Origin: an uncultured delta proteobacterium
GTDB lineage: Bacteria; Myxococcota_A; Polyangia; Polyangiales; Polyangiaceae
Direction: 5' to 3'
DNA length: 64,000 nucleotides
Assembly (NCBI GenBank): GCA_963716725.1
Contig: CAVQUB010000008.1
Location: 1-64,000, forward strand
Shown piece after piece: positions 36,580-45,884 of this stretch. Position 1 is the first letter of the stretch; the number at the start of each line of letters is the position of its first letter. The notes under the pieces are model-generated. The model ran no database searches. It saw only the letters and a list, made by a program, of their open reading frames with translations, and was not told the origin of the DNA. Made by a program: the position numbers and the translations under genes.

Positions 36580-36941
36580 TCCCGAGGGATGACTCGTCGG
36601 TCCAGGGACCGCAGGAGCGTACGCCGCGGGTCCGGTTCGGGCTCTCTGCGCGCCGCCTGTCGGCGCTCCTCGCCGTCGCGCCGGTCTCCGAGCGGACAGC
36701 ACTCGCCCCTGAGCTCGGTGAGGGTCAAAGACCGTCGCCCTGCCATGGCGGAGTGGTTCGCGCACAAGACGGCGACGCCGTTTCGCAACGCATGGCGTCG
36801 CAGCACTCGCAGATCGGCCAAGCCACACACGGCGCAGGGACCAGCGAGGGCGTGTCCCCGGGTCACGCGCCGGTAGCAGGCGGGGCAGCGGGACCGACGA
36901 GCGTGGCACGTCGGTCGACCACACGTGATGCAATGGGTCAC
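36567..36941 (-). CDS. Small zinc-finger/HNH-like protein
   Basis: CITC, CPAC, CAVCGLADLRVLRRH…LCANH. Confidence 0.45.
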   Translation of the reverse strand: MTHCITCGRPTCHARRSRCPACYRRVTRGHALAGPCAVCGLADLRVLRRHALRNGVAVLCANHSAMAGRRSLTLTELRGECCPLGDRRDGEERRQAARREPEPDPRRTLLRSLDRRVIPRDQTF

Positions 36942-37032
36942 GATTTCTACTAACCCATGATGGCTGCCTTTGGCCAAGATTGCCGCGTCGCTGCCCTCAG
37001 CCGCGACACCGTGCGAGTCCACGACTGGCGCG

Positions 37033-38127
37033 TCAGAGACGGGCCAGTAGCCCGATTAGGCGAACGAGTTCGCGCTGCCCCGAGAGCCCGGTCGCCGCGT
37101 AGACTTGCTTGAGCTGGAAGCGGGCGGTGCCTGGCGTGATGCGAAGCGGTTGGGCGGCCTCGCTGGCCGAGTGGCCCGAGCCGACGAGCGCCGCGACGCG
37201 CGCCTCCGCGGCGGTCAGTCCATAGAGGCTCCGAAGCTTGGTTTCGACGAGGCTGAGATCGATCGCGTGGAGCGGATCGTGGATCACGACCAGCGCCGCG
37301 GGCCTCGGGCCGCCGACCCTCGCTGCCGACACTCGCTCGCTCAAGGTCGAGACGCTCGCGATCAACGCCGGACCTTTCGCGCGCCGCAGCGCGACGTGCA
37401 GCACGGCGGCGCTGCCCGAGTCGGATCCAGGCCTCGTTTCGCGCAACTGGCGTGCCAGAGCGAGGTCGCTGACTGGACAGGTCGCCCTAAGCCGGTTCTG
37501 TCTCGCGGAGATCGCGTCTCCGGACCGGAGCAAGGCCAGCGCAGGCTGGTTTTTCGATCGGATCAGACCTTCCGAGTCGATCACCAAGATCGCTACGCTT
37601 CCGACAGCGCCGGCGGTCTCGAGCTCGGAGAGACGTTGGTCGATCCAGAGCGCTCGGCGGATGCGCGGGAGGAAGGGCTCCAGCCGAGCGGCGTCGCTTC
37701 GGTCGAAGGAGCGCGCTCCGTCCGCGCGCATCAGCGCAAACGTCGTGATGCCCCCGTCCGATGACTGATCGACGATGCCCCCGACGATCTCCCGGAGGCC
37801 GTGGGGCTTCAGGAAGTCCTGGTAGAACTCCGAGGTGTCGAGCACGTGCCCCGGCACGAAGTCCTCACTCGGAGCACACCTGCCCACCGGCCGCGAGCGA
37901 GCCGTCGGCATCCAGGGATCGAGGCGGTGGTAGTGATCCAGGTACGCGCGCTCGAAGGCTTCCGACAAGCCGCACCAGGTCTGCGTCACAGCGCCGTCAG
38001 GAGCTTCGACACGCACCCCGCCGGCCAGGCCACCAAACTCGGCCGCGATCGCGCAGAGCGAGTCCCGCCAGCGATCGGGATCGGGGCCGGCGTCGTCGAA
38101 ACAGGAGAGCGTGAGCTGTCTCGACAA
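37033..38127 (-). CDS. LuxR-family HTH regulator with GAF/PAS-like sensor domains
   Basis: TTG start 8 nt after GGAGG; SEFYQDFLKPHG; YGLTAAEARVA…TARFQLKQVYAATG. Confidence 0.85.
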   Translation of the reverse strand: MSRQLTLSCFDDAGPDPDRWRDSLCAIAAEFGGLAGGVRVEAPDGAVTQTWCGLSEAFERAYLDHYHRLDPWMPTARSRPVGRCAPSEDFVPGHVLDTSEFYQDFLKPHGLREIVGGIVDQSSDGGITTFALMRADGARSFDRSDAARLEPFLPRIRRALWIDQRLSELETAGAVGSVAILVIDSEGLIRSKNQPALALLRSGDAISARQNRLRATCPVSDLALARQLRETRPGSDSGSAAVLHVALRRAKGPALIASVSTLSERVSAARVGGPRPAALVVIHDPLHAIDLSLVETKLRSLYGLTAAEARVAALVGSGHSASEAAQPLRITPGTARFQLKQVYAATGLSGQRELVRLIGLLARL

Positions 38128-38236
38128 ACCTAGATCCTCCCCAAGTACTGGGCCGAACTCAAGGTAATTGTCGGACCACACCTCCCAGGTGGGAGGTGTG
38201 CCACCGGTCGAGTCACGGCAAACTGCGCTTGGCTCA

Positions 38237-39634
38237 ATGACACCGGTGACGGAAGGCGAGGTGCTCCTCGGCAAGTACGTCGTCGAGAAGGTGCTCGGCA
38301 TGGGCGGCATGGGGGTGGTCGTCGCGGCGCACCACCTTCAGCTCGACGAGCGCGTGGCGCTGAAGTTCCTCTTGCCCGACGCCGCCGCAAATCCGCTGGT
38401 CGTCGCACGATTCCTCCGTGAAGCTCGGGCGGCCGCAAAGATCAAGAGTGAGCACGTCACTCGCGTGTTCGACGTCGGCACCATGGAGAACGGCTCGCCG
38501 TTCTTGGTGATGGAGTATCTCGATGGGCAGGACCTCGCTGCTCTGATCGCTTCGAGCGGTCCGTGCGCGCCCGACGTCGCCGTCGACTACGTGCTCCAAG
38601 CGTGCGAGGCCATCGCAGAGGCGCACGCCGCTGGCGTGGTGCATCGCGATCTCAAGCCGCACAACCTGTTCCTGAGCCGCCGCGCCGACGGGTCGCCGTG
38701 CATCAAGGTGCTCGACTTCGGGATCTCGAAGGCGACCGGTTCCCCCGCCGCGGCGATGACGAGCACCGCCGCGATGATGGGGTCGCCGCTGTACATGTCG
38801 CCGGAACAGATGGTGAGCGCGCGCGACGTCGACCCCCGGTCGGACATCTGGGCCCTGGGCATCATCTTGTACGAGCTCTTGGCCGGCAAGACGCCCTTCG
38901 ATGCAGAGACGATGCCCCAGCTGGTGCTCCAGGTCACCCAGCACCCGCCTCGCATGCTGCGGGTCGATCGTCCGGACGCGCCACCGGGGCTCGAAGCGGC
39001 CATCAATCGATGTCTGGAGAAGGCGCCCGCCGCTCGATACCAGAATGTCGCCGATCTCGCGGCCGACCTCGCGATCTTCGTGCCGCCGGAACGCAGAAGT
39101 TCGGTGATTCGCATCAGTCGAGTGCTCGGCGGATCGACCGAAGCGATCCGCGCGCCAGCGCGATCCGACTCTGCGATGGCGACTGCGGCTTCGCCCGGCG
39201 CAACCCAGGGATCCTGGGGATCCACGCGGGCGGAGGGGCGCGGACTTTCCATAGGGACTGTGGCTCTTGCCGTGGGCGTCATGGTGCTGGTCGGCGCATC
39301 CGCTTGGGCCGGGCTCCGGTTCATGAGGTCGTCCGGCGCAGCGAGCGTGTCGCCACCCGTGGCCAGCGAAAGCGCGGCCCTCCTAGCGGCTACGGTCGAG
39401 AGTGCTGCACCAGTCGAAGCTCTGCCCGCCGTTGCAGTCGAGCCCGACGCCTCGAGGCCCGTCGACGGCCGCGCGTCGCCCTCGGAGTCCACCAATCCGC
39501 CCGCCGTCGGGGATCACGAAGCGCGTCGTACGGTGACCGCGGGCAAACCCAGTCCACCGGCGAAGCGCCCAGCTGTCCCGGCACTTTCCTCCGCCAACAG
39601 CCCGCCCAGCGAAGTCCCCAATGATCGGAAATAG
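38237..39634 (+). CDS. Membrane Ser/Thr protein kinase
   Basis: LGMGGMGVV, VALK, HRDLKPHN, DFG, GSPLYMSPE; TM; Pro-rich tail. Confidence 0.95.
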   Translation: MTPVTEGEVLLGKYVVEKVLGMGGMGVVVAAHHLQLDERVALKFLLPDAAANPLVVARFLREARAAAKIKSEHVTRVFDVGTMENGSPFLVMEYLDGQDLAALIASSGPCAPDVAVDYVLQACEAIAEAHAAGVVHRDLKPHNLFLSRRADGSPCIKVLDFGISKATGSPAAAMTSTAAMMGSPLYMSPEQMVSARDVDPRSDIWALGIILYELLAGKTPFDAETMPQLVLQVTQHPPRMLRVDRPDAPPGLEAAINRCLEKAPAARYQNVADLAADLAIFVPPERRSSVIRISRVLGGSTEAIRAPARSDSAMATAASPGATQGSWGSTRAEGRGLSIGTVALAVGVMVLVGASAWAGLRFMRSSGAASVSPPVASESAALLAATVESAAPVEALPAVAVEPDASRPVDGRASPSESTNPPAVGDHEARRTVTAGKPSPPAKRPAVPALSSANSPPSEVPNDRK

Positions 39635-39638
39635 CAGC

Positions 39639-40622
39639 ATGCACCATCGGAGCTTTCGAATCTGGCTGCTGGCTGCAGCGGCGCCCTTCGCGCCGTCAAT
39701 CGCGGCCGCGCAGTCGAGCACCTCCGCTCAAGCTCTGTTCGATGACGCGCGAGTTCTGATGAGTGCCGGCAGACACGCCGAGGCTTGCCCCAAGCTCGCG
39801 GAGAGCCAACGTCTCGATCCGGGGGGTGGCACGCTGATCCACCTTGCACTGTGCTACGAACACGTCGGCAAGTCGGCATCTGCGTGGGCGACGTTCAACG
39901 ATGCGCTCAGCGCTGCAAAGCGGGACCGTCGAGACGATCGTTTGAAGGTTGCCGAAGAGCATCTCGCGCAACTCACGCCGAAGCTCACCAAGCTGAGGCT
40001 GGTCGTGCCGCCCCAGATCGCAAACACCAAAGGCCTGGTCATCAGGCGCGGGGAAGACGAAACCAGCCCGGCCGAGTGGGGTTCAGCCGTGCCGGTGGAT
40101 CCGGGCGAGATCCGGGTCGTGCTGAGCGCCCCGGGCAAGAAGACCAAGGTGCAGACCGTCGTCGCCGACCGGCCCGGTCAGACCTTGGACGTCGAGGTCT
40201 CGGCGCTCGAGAACGCACCCGACGCGACGGCGGGTGGCCCCGGGATCGCGGTACAAAGCGACGCCGGCGTCCGGTCGAGCTCGGGCGGGGGCCAACGTAC
40301 GATCGGCTTGGTCGTGGCGGGGGTCGGCTTGGTTGGTCTCGGAGTCGGCGGCTACTTCGGCCTGCAGTCGTTGTCGAAGAAGAAAGATGCCGACGCGTAC
40401 TGCGACGGAGCGGCGTGTCGCGAACACAGCGGCGTCGATCTTCGCGACGACGCGCGCGGCGCCGGCAACATCTCGACCGTGGCGTTCATCGCGGGAGGCG
40501 TTGCGGTGGCGGCGGGCGCGACGCTCTACCTGACCGCGCCCAAGAAGAATCGCACGAGCGTCGCGCTCCGACCGGCGCTGGCGCCTGGCTACGCGGGACT
40601 AGGAGCGACGGGACGATGGTGA
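39639..40622 (+). CDS. Exported TPR + PEGA-like protein with C-terminal membrane segments
   Basis: Signal peptide; EACPKLAESQRLDPGGGTLIHLALCYE; VPVDPGE; ends GATGRW. Confidence 0.8.
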   Translation: MHHRSFRIWLLAAAAPFAPSIAAAQSSTSAQALFDDARVLMSAGRHAEACPKLAESQRLDPGGGTLIHLALCYEHVGKSASAWATFNDALSAAKRDRRDDRLKVAEEHLAQLTPKLTKLRLVVPPQIANTKGLVIRRGEDETSPAEWGSAVPVDPGEIRVVLSAPGKKTKVQTVVADRPGQTLDVEVSALENAPDATAGGPGIAVQSDAGVRSSSGGGQRTIGLVVAGVGLVGLGVGGYFGLQSLSKKKDADAYCDGAACREHSGVDLRDDARGAGNISTVAFIAGGVAVAAGATLYLTAPKKNRTSVALRPALAPGYAGLGATGRW

Positions 40623-41842
40623 TGCAAAACGGATCGTGGGGTCTGCTCGTGGCGCTTGCGGTCACCGGGTGCAACGCCATCCTCGGAAACGAGGAAGGCG
40701 AGCTGGTCGCTGCGACGGGCGGCAGCGGCGGCGCGACGGGCGGCAGCGGCGGCGCGACGGGCGGCAGCGGCGGCGCGACGGGCGGCAGCGGCGGCGCGAC
40801 GGGCGGCAGCGGCGGCGCGACGGGCGGCAGCGGCGGCGCGACGGGCGGCAGCGGCGGCGCGACGGGCGGCAGCGGCGGTGCGACGGGCGGCAGCGGCGGC
40901 GCCACGGGCGGCAGCGGAGGCGCGACAGGCGGCAGCGGAGGCGCGACAGGCGGCAGCGGAGGCGCGACCGGCGGCAGCGGCGGCGCCAACCCCAATGCAG
41001 CGGCGGCCGACGAAGTTGGCGTGCTTTTCTACAGAAAGAGCGACGCCTCGAACAGCTTGCGTTGGATCAAGAGCAACCACACTCAGCGCACCGCGGCAGC
41101 GTATTCGTGGGGTCCCGGCTGGACCACCATCACCAGCGTCGCCAAGCTGTTTGGCGCCGGGGCCGAGCTGATCCTGCACTCGGCGGGGTCACCCTACGTC
41201 ACGACTGCGCTCTCCGTTGGCAACGACACTGCCACCAGTCAAAAGACCAACGCCAACTTCCCGGGCAGCTACGAGCTCGCCACCAGGCGGTCGGATGGCA
41301 AGGTGATGATGTTGAACGGAACTACGGGGAGCTGGATCACCGGCGGCTGGTCGTCGACCTGGATCAAAGAGTACGAAGGCACCATCACGCTCCCGGCGAG
41401 CACCACCTTCGAGCACCTCCACCGCTGTGGAAGTGGGAGTGCCAGCCTGAGCACCTTCATCTTCTATTCGACCAACGACACGCTGCTTTATACGCGAATC
41501 TTCGGCACCGGGTTCACGACGGCGACGCAGATGGCAGTGCCCGCATCCAGCCACGCGGTCTGCGTCGGCACGAATGAGAATTTCACGTTCGTCTATGCGT
41601 CGTCGACGGGGGGAGCCAAGCTCTACAGCGCGTCGACGGAGCTCAGCAGCTGGGGCGCGAGTAGCTTCGGTGCTTGGACGCACATCGTGAATCTGCGATC
41701 GGGGCTGACACTCTTCTATCGCGCTGCGACGGGCGAGGGCGTCATCGGCGAGTTCAAGAACACCGCACCCTATTTCAGCCAGCTCGGCGCGTTTGCGCCC
41801 AGCACCTTCCCAACCGGAATGGACATCGTCACTGCGCTCTAG
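40622..41842 (+). CDS. Lipoprotein with (GGSGGAT)n linker and beta-rich, propeller-like C-terminal domain (paralog A)
   Basis: Lipobox VTGC-NAILG; WTTIT and WTHIV…LTLFYRAATGEG repeats. Confidence 0.8.
   Translation: MQNGSWGLLVALAVTGCNAILGNEEGELVAATGGSGGATGGSGGATGGSGGATGGSGGATGGSGGATGGSGGATGGSGGATGGSGGATGGSGGATGGSGGATGGSGGATGGSGGATGGSGGANPNAAAADEVGVLFYRKSDASNSLRWIKSNHTQRTAAAYSWGPGWTTITSVAKLFGAGAELILHSAGSPYVTTALSVGNDTATSQKTNANFPGSYELATRRSDGKVMMLNGTTGSWITGGWSSTWIKEYEGTITLPASTTFEHLHRCGSGSASLSTFIFYSTNDTLLYTRIFGTGFTTATQMAVPASSHAVCVGTNENFTFVYASSTGGAKLYSASTELSSWGASSFGAWTHIVNLRSGLTLFYRAATGEGVIGEFKNTAPYFSQLGAFAPSTFPTGMDIVTAL
40712..40987. repeat. 21-bp coding tandem repeat, about 13 copies
   Basis: (gcgacgggcggcagcggcggc)n read directly. 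Confidence 0.92.
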
Positions 41843-41904
41843 TCCCGGGGTTACCTCCCATCTGGGAGATGCGGGTGCGCGGGGCGCTTGATAGCCATGC
41901 GCGC

Positions 41905-43239
41905 ATGAAACGTCTGGCAATCGGGCTCATCACCTGCTCACTCGTCGCGTGCGGATCTGACGGAGACAGCGGCGGCGCGAAGAACACGGGCGGGACCGGG
42001 GGCGTGACCGGAGGGGCGGGCGGCGCGGGCGGTAGCGCGACCGGTGGCGCGAACACCGGCGGAGCAAACACCGGCGGAGCAAACACCGGCGGAGCAAACA
42101 CCGGCGGAGCAAACACCGGCGGAGCAAACACCGGCGGAGCAAACACCGGCGGAGCAAACACCGGCGGCACGGCGGGCAGCGGCGGAGCAACCGGCGGCGC
42201 AGCGGGCAGCGGCGGAGCGACCGGCGGCAGCGGCGGAGCGACCGGTGGCACGGGCGGTACCGGCGGCACGGGCGGAGCGACGGGCGGCACGGGCGGAGCG
42301 ACCGGTGGCACGGGCGGAGCGACCGGCGGCACGGGCGGCACGGGCGGAGCGACCGGCGGCACCGGCGGTGGAGGCAACCCCAATGCCGCGGCCGCGGACG
42401 AAATCGGCGTGCTCTTCTACAAGAAGAGCGATGGCTCCAACAGCCTGCGTTGGATCAAGAGCAACCACACCCAGCGCACGGCGTCCTCGTTCACCTTCAG
42501 CCAGAACTGGGCGACGATCACCAGCGTCGCCAAGCTCAGCGGTGCCGGCGCCGAGTTGATCTTCCACAACGGAAGCGCGAATCCGACCTTCGTGACGACC
42601 TCCTTCCTCGTGAACAACGACACGACCACCAGCCAGAAGACCAACGCTGACTTCGCCTCGAACTACGGCCTCGCCACCCGGCGGTCCGACGGAAAGGCCA
42701 TGATGCTGAACGGCACCAGTGGAAAGTGGGTCACGGGTGGCTGGGGAGCGTCCACCTGGACCAAAGATTCCGACGGCACGCTCACCCTGCCGGCGAGCAC
42801 CACCTTCGAGCACTTCCATCGCTGTGGCGCCCCGGCTGCCGGCCTGAGCACGTTCATCTTCTACTCGACCAACGACACGCTGCTCTACACGCGGATCTTC
42901 GGTACCGGGTTCACGACGGCGACGCAGATGGCAGTGCCCGCATCCAGCCACGCGGTCTGCGTCGGCACGAACGAGAACTTCACCTTCGTCTACTCCTCGT
43001 CGACCGGCGCGGCGAAGCTCTACAGCGCGTCGACGGAGCTCACCAGCTGGGGAGCGAGTGGCTTCGGTGCCTGGACGCACATCGTGAATCTGCGATCGGG
43101 TCTGACTCTCTTCTACCGGGCCTCGACCGGAGAGGGCGCGATCGGCACGTTCACGAACGCGGCGCCGTTCTTCACCGAGCACGGCACGTTCGCGGCGGGC
43201 ATCTTCCCCACGGGAATGGACGTCGTGACGGCGCTCTGA
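41905..43239 (+). CDS. Lipoprotein with Gly-rich linker and the same C-terminal domain (paralog B)
   Basis: Lipobox LVAC; NPNAAAADE… domain highly similar to that in 40622..41842. Confidence 0.8.
   Translation: MKRLAIGLITCSLVACGSDGDSGGAKNTGGTGGVTGGAGGAGGSATGGANTGGANTGGANTGGANTGGANTGGANTGGANTGGANTGGTAGSGGATGGAAGSGGATGGSGGATGGTGGTGGTGGATGGTGGATGGTGGATGGTGGTGGATGGTGGGGNPNAAAADEIGVLFYKKSDGSNSLRWIKSNHTQRTASSFTFSQNWATITSVAKLSGAGAELIFHNGSANPTFVTTSFLVNNDTTTSQKTNADFASNYGLATRRSDGKAMMLNGTSGKWVTGGWGASTWTKDSDGTLTLPASTTFEHFHRCGAPAAGLSTFIFYSTNDTLLYTRIFGTGFTTATQMAVPASSHAVCVGTNENFTFVYSSSTGAAKLYSASTELTSWGASGFGAWTHIVNLRSGLTLFYRASTGEGAIGTFTNAAPFFTEHGTFAAGIFPTGMDVVTAL
42040..42168. repeat. 15-bp coding tandem repeat, about 8 copies (GGANT)
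   Basis: (accggcggagcaaac)n read directly. Confidence 0.9.
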
Positions 43240-43280
43240 GTCGGGGCGCGCTCCCCGCGCGCTCCCGTCACCGCCCTTGC

Positions 43281-44195
43281 TCAGCGTTGCCCGAAGGGCT
43301 TGGCCGAGAGCGTGCCGAAGAACGCGAACAACGCCTTCTTCTCGGTCTCGTTCAGCTTCCCGATGGCGTCGAGCGGCATGAATGGATCGAGCTTGTTGCC
43401 GTTCCTCTTGAGCCCTTGAGTCAAGACCTTGTCGAAGTCTTCGTAGCTCCAGCCCGCGATGCCCGTCGCGTGGGGCGTGAGGTTGGTCGGGATGGGCACC
43501 GACGCTGGCGCCCCCGGGATAGGACCGCCCGAGAAACCCTCGCCATGACAGCCCTGGCAGCTGCGCGCCAGGAACTTGCCGTAGGCTGCGGTGGGCTCCG
43601 GGGCGCCAACGGCTTCTTTCTTGGCGTGGTCGATGCGACGAGCGATGTCGATGGCGAGCTCGCCGCGTTGGTCGAGGACCTTGCCCAGAACCCCGACCTC
43701 GCTGGCGGGGATCGTGCGCTGCACCGGCGGGACGGTGCGCAGATACGACACAATCGCCGTCAGCTCGTCGTCGGGGAGCCATGAGAGATCCTGCGACGGC
43801 ATGAAGCGCACGGAGCGCCCGTCCTTCTTCACGCCGTGTTTGACCAGGCGAGCAAGCTCGCCGTCGTTGTAGGAGTCGAGCAGGCTGCCCGGGGTGACGT
43901 TGGGACCATGGAAGGTCCCCACGGGTCCCATGCTGATCGGCTTGCCGCCGCCTAGATCGGCGCCGTGGCAGTCCGCGGACACACACCCCGCGGTGGCTTC
44001 GACCAGATGCTTCCCGCGTTCGATCACCTTCGCATCCGTCGAGCGAGTGACCGCCGGGAGGGGCACATCGTAGACCTTCGACATGCTGGTCTCGTACGCG
44101 GACGATTTCACCGCCGCGTACGCGCCGCCTCCGACGAACACCAAGAGCACCACCCCGCCAACCCCTACGCCCGCTCGCTTCAGCCAAACCTTCAT
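43281..44195 (-). CDS. Membrane-anchored dihaem c-type cytochrome
   Basis: N-terminal TM; CVSADCH and CQGCH; NVTP/NLTP and FMP motifs. Confidence 0.85.
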   Translation of the reverse strand: MKVWLKRAGVGVGGVVLLVFVGGGAYAAVKSSAYETSMSKVYDVPLPAVTRSTDAKVIERGKHLVEATAGCVSADCHGADLGGGKPISMGPVGTFHGPNVTPGSLLDSYNDGELARLVKHGVKKDGRSVRFMPSQDLSWLPDDELTAIVSYLRTVPPVQRTIPASEVGVLGKVLDQRGELAIDIARRIDHAKKEAVGAPEPTAAYGKFLARSCQGCHGEGFSGGPIPGAPASVPIPTNLTPHATGIAGWSYEDFDKVLTQGLKRNGNKLDPFMPLDAIGKLNETEKKALFAFFGTLSAKPFGQR

Positions 44196-44231
44196 TGCCC
44201 AAGCCTCCGGTCAGATCGTGTCATGTTGCCA

Positions 44232-44633
44232 TCAATCGGCGGCAGTCGCTTCGAGTTCGACGAGCAGGTCGGGGAATGCGAGGCGCGCGACGCCGAGCAG
44301 GCTACCCGGCGGCTGGCATCCCGCAGCGGTCAGGCGCTTGGCGAGGACCTCATGGGCGGCGAAGAACTGATCGATGTCAGTTGTATAGATGTTCAGGCGA
44401 ACCAAACTCGAGAGGCTCATTTCGGCCTTGCGCAGCACCTCTTCGAGGTTGTCGAGGGACTGGGTGATCTGCGCTGCCATGTCCCCAGCGTGCACGGCGT
44501 TGCCCTCGGCATCCATCGACGATTGGCCCGCGCACCACACGACTCGTCCCGGCGACCGAACCTCGGTTGCCTGCGAAAAGGCCATGTTGTCCTGCCAGGT
44601 CCACGGGTTCACGTTTCGTCTTGCTGCTCCCAT
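44232..44633 (-). CDS. RidA/YjgF/UK114 family protein
   Basis: FSQA, CAGQ, QSLDNLEEVL, GVARLAFPDLLVELEATA; RBS AAGGAG. Confidence 0.88.
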   Translation of the reverse strand: MGAARRNVNPWTWQDNMAFSQATEVRSPGRVVWCAGQSSMDAEGNAVHAGDMAAQITQSLDNLEEVLRKAEMSLSSLVRLNIYTTDIDQFFAAHEVLAKRLTAAGCQPPGSLLGVARLAFPDLLVELEATAAD

Positions 44634-44725
44634 TTCACGTCGCTCCTTTTGGATACCGAGGGAGTGGGACGACTCCGCCCCGCGTTACAGTGAAGCCAGC
44701 GCTTTGTGTTAGGCTCGGGGGTCAA

Positions 44726-45274
44726 ATGGTCGACAGTCGGCCCATCGATGAGGCTCACATCGCTCGGCAGGTAGCCGCCGGTCGCTCCGACGCGGAAGAA
44801 GCGCTCTGCCGGGCGTTCGCGCCTAGGATTTGGGCGTATGGCGTGCGCCACCTTCGCGAGCCGAGCGACGCCGCTGACCTGGTCCAGCAAGTCCTGCTGG
44901 TGGTGCTCGAAGCGCTGCGCGCCGGCAAAGTCAGAGACGCCGAGCAGATCGGCAGCTTCGTGCTCGGCACCAGCCGGAACCTCGCGACGGACTTTCGCCG
45001 GACGAACGCCCGGCGGTCGGGCCTCCTCGAGCAGTACGGACCGGGATCGAATGACGGCGTGGTGACGCCACCCGAACCCGTCGAGACCCACCGGCTCCAC
45101 GAGTGCCTGGTGCAGCTCGGGCACACCGCTCGTCGAGTCTTGGTGATGACCTTCTTCGAAGACGCCGAGGGTCCCGAGATCGCCGAAGCCCTGCGCGTCT
45201 CGCCGGGCAACGTGAGGGTGATCCGGCACCGCGCGCTCGAGGCGCTCCGCAAGTGCATCGAGGTGACGCCTTGA
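44726..45274 (+). CDS. ECF RNA polymerase sigma factor
   Basis: DAADLVQQV; EIAEALRVSPGNVRVIRHRALEALRKC. Confidence 0.88.
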   Translation: MVDSRPIDEAHIARQVAAGRSDAEEALCRAFAPRIWAYGVRHLREPSDAADLVQQVLLVVLEALRAGKVRDAEQIGSFVLGTSRNLATDFRRTNARRSGLLEQYGPGSNDGVVTPPEPVETHRLHECLVQLGHTARRVLVMTFFEDAEGPEIAEALRVSPGNVRVIRHRALEALRKCIEVTP

Positions 45275-45837
45275 CCGGAACACTCTGCTCCTGGGCGGGC
45301 GAGGCGGCGACAATCGCCGACTATCTCGGGAGGGACCAGTCGGCTGCGGACGAGGCACGCTTCGAAGAGCACGTGTTTTCTTGTCGAGCCTGCGCCGACG
45401 AGCTGGTCAGATGGACCCAGATCGGCGCTGCAGTGGGTGCGGCCGTGCGGGCGGATCACGTGCTCGCCGTCGTCTCGCGCCGCCACGTTGACCAGCTTCG
45501 CGCTGACGCCGTGCCTCTTCAGGAAGTGAACCCGACCGGCGAAGAGGTGCACGTCGCCCTCGACCGCAGCAGGCGGCTCATCATCGCGCGCCTGCCGGGC
45601 GACTTCGGCGGGGCCGCCCGCGTCGACGTGCGCTGGTACAACGACTGGGACGGCTCGGTGACGGAGGAGCTCGGTGTGTGCCCCGACCGGCCGGACGAGG
45701 TCATCATCGCCTGCGGCACGAGCTTCTTCACCGAGGCGTCGGGCGTGCTGCGTTCACGCTGCGAGATCACCGCGGCGGACGATCCCGACAAGAAGCCGCT
45801 CGCCACCTATCACCTCGTGCTCGACGCGGGGCTTTGA
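45271..45837 (+). CDS. Soluble zinc-binding (zf-HC2/ZAS) anti-sigma factor
   Basis: TTGA overlap with sigma; FEEHVFSCRAC HxxxCxxC motif. Confidence 0.8.
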   Translation: MTGTLCSWAGEAATIADYLGRDQSAADEARFEEHVFSCRACADELVRWTQIGAAVGAAVRADHVLAVVSRRHVDQLRADAVPLQEVNPTGEEVHVALDRSRRLIIARLPGDFGGAARVDVRWYNDWDGSVTEELGVCPDRPDEVIIACGTSFFTEASGVLRSRCEITAADDPDKKPLATYHLVLDAGL

Positions 45838-45884
45838 GCCCAGGCCTAGCGTCGCGCTAGCGGAGCACCAGCGCGCCCTCGACG
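45785..45884. repeat. 100-bp direct repeat, left copy (partner 48588..48687)
   Basis: Manual alignment: 4 mismatches in 100 bp. Confidence 0.95.

Noticed and set aside
41938..44202. Long alternative-frame and antisense ORFs (for example 754 aa here, 8194..9876, 15235..17058, 50239..51933)
   Set aside because: Arg/Ala/Gly-rich shadow frames of well-supported genes, expected at this GC content
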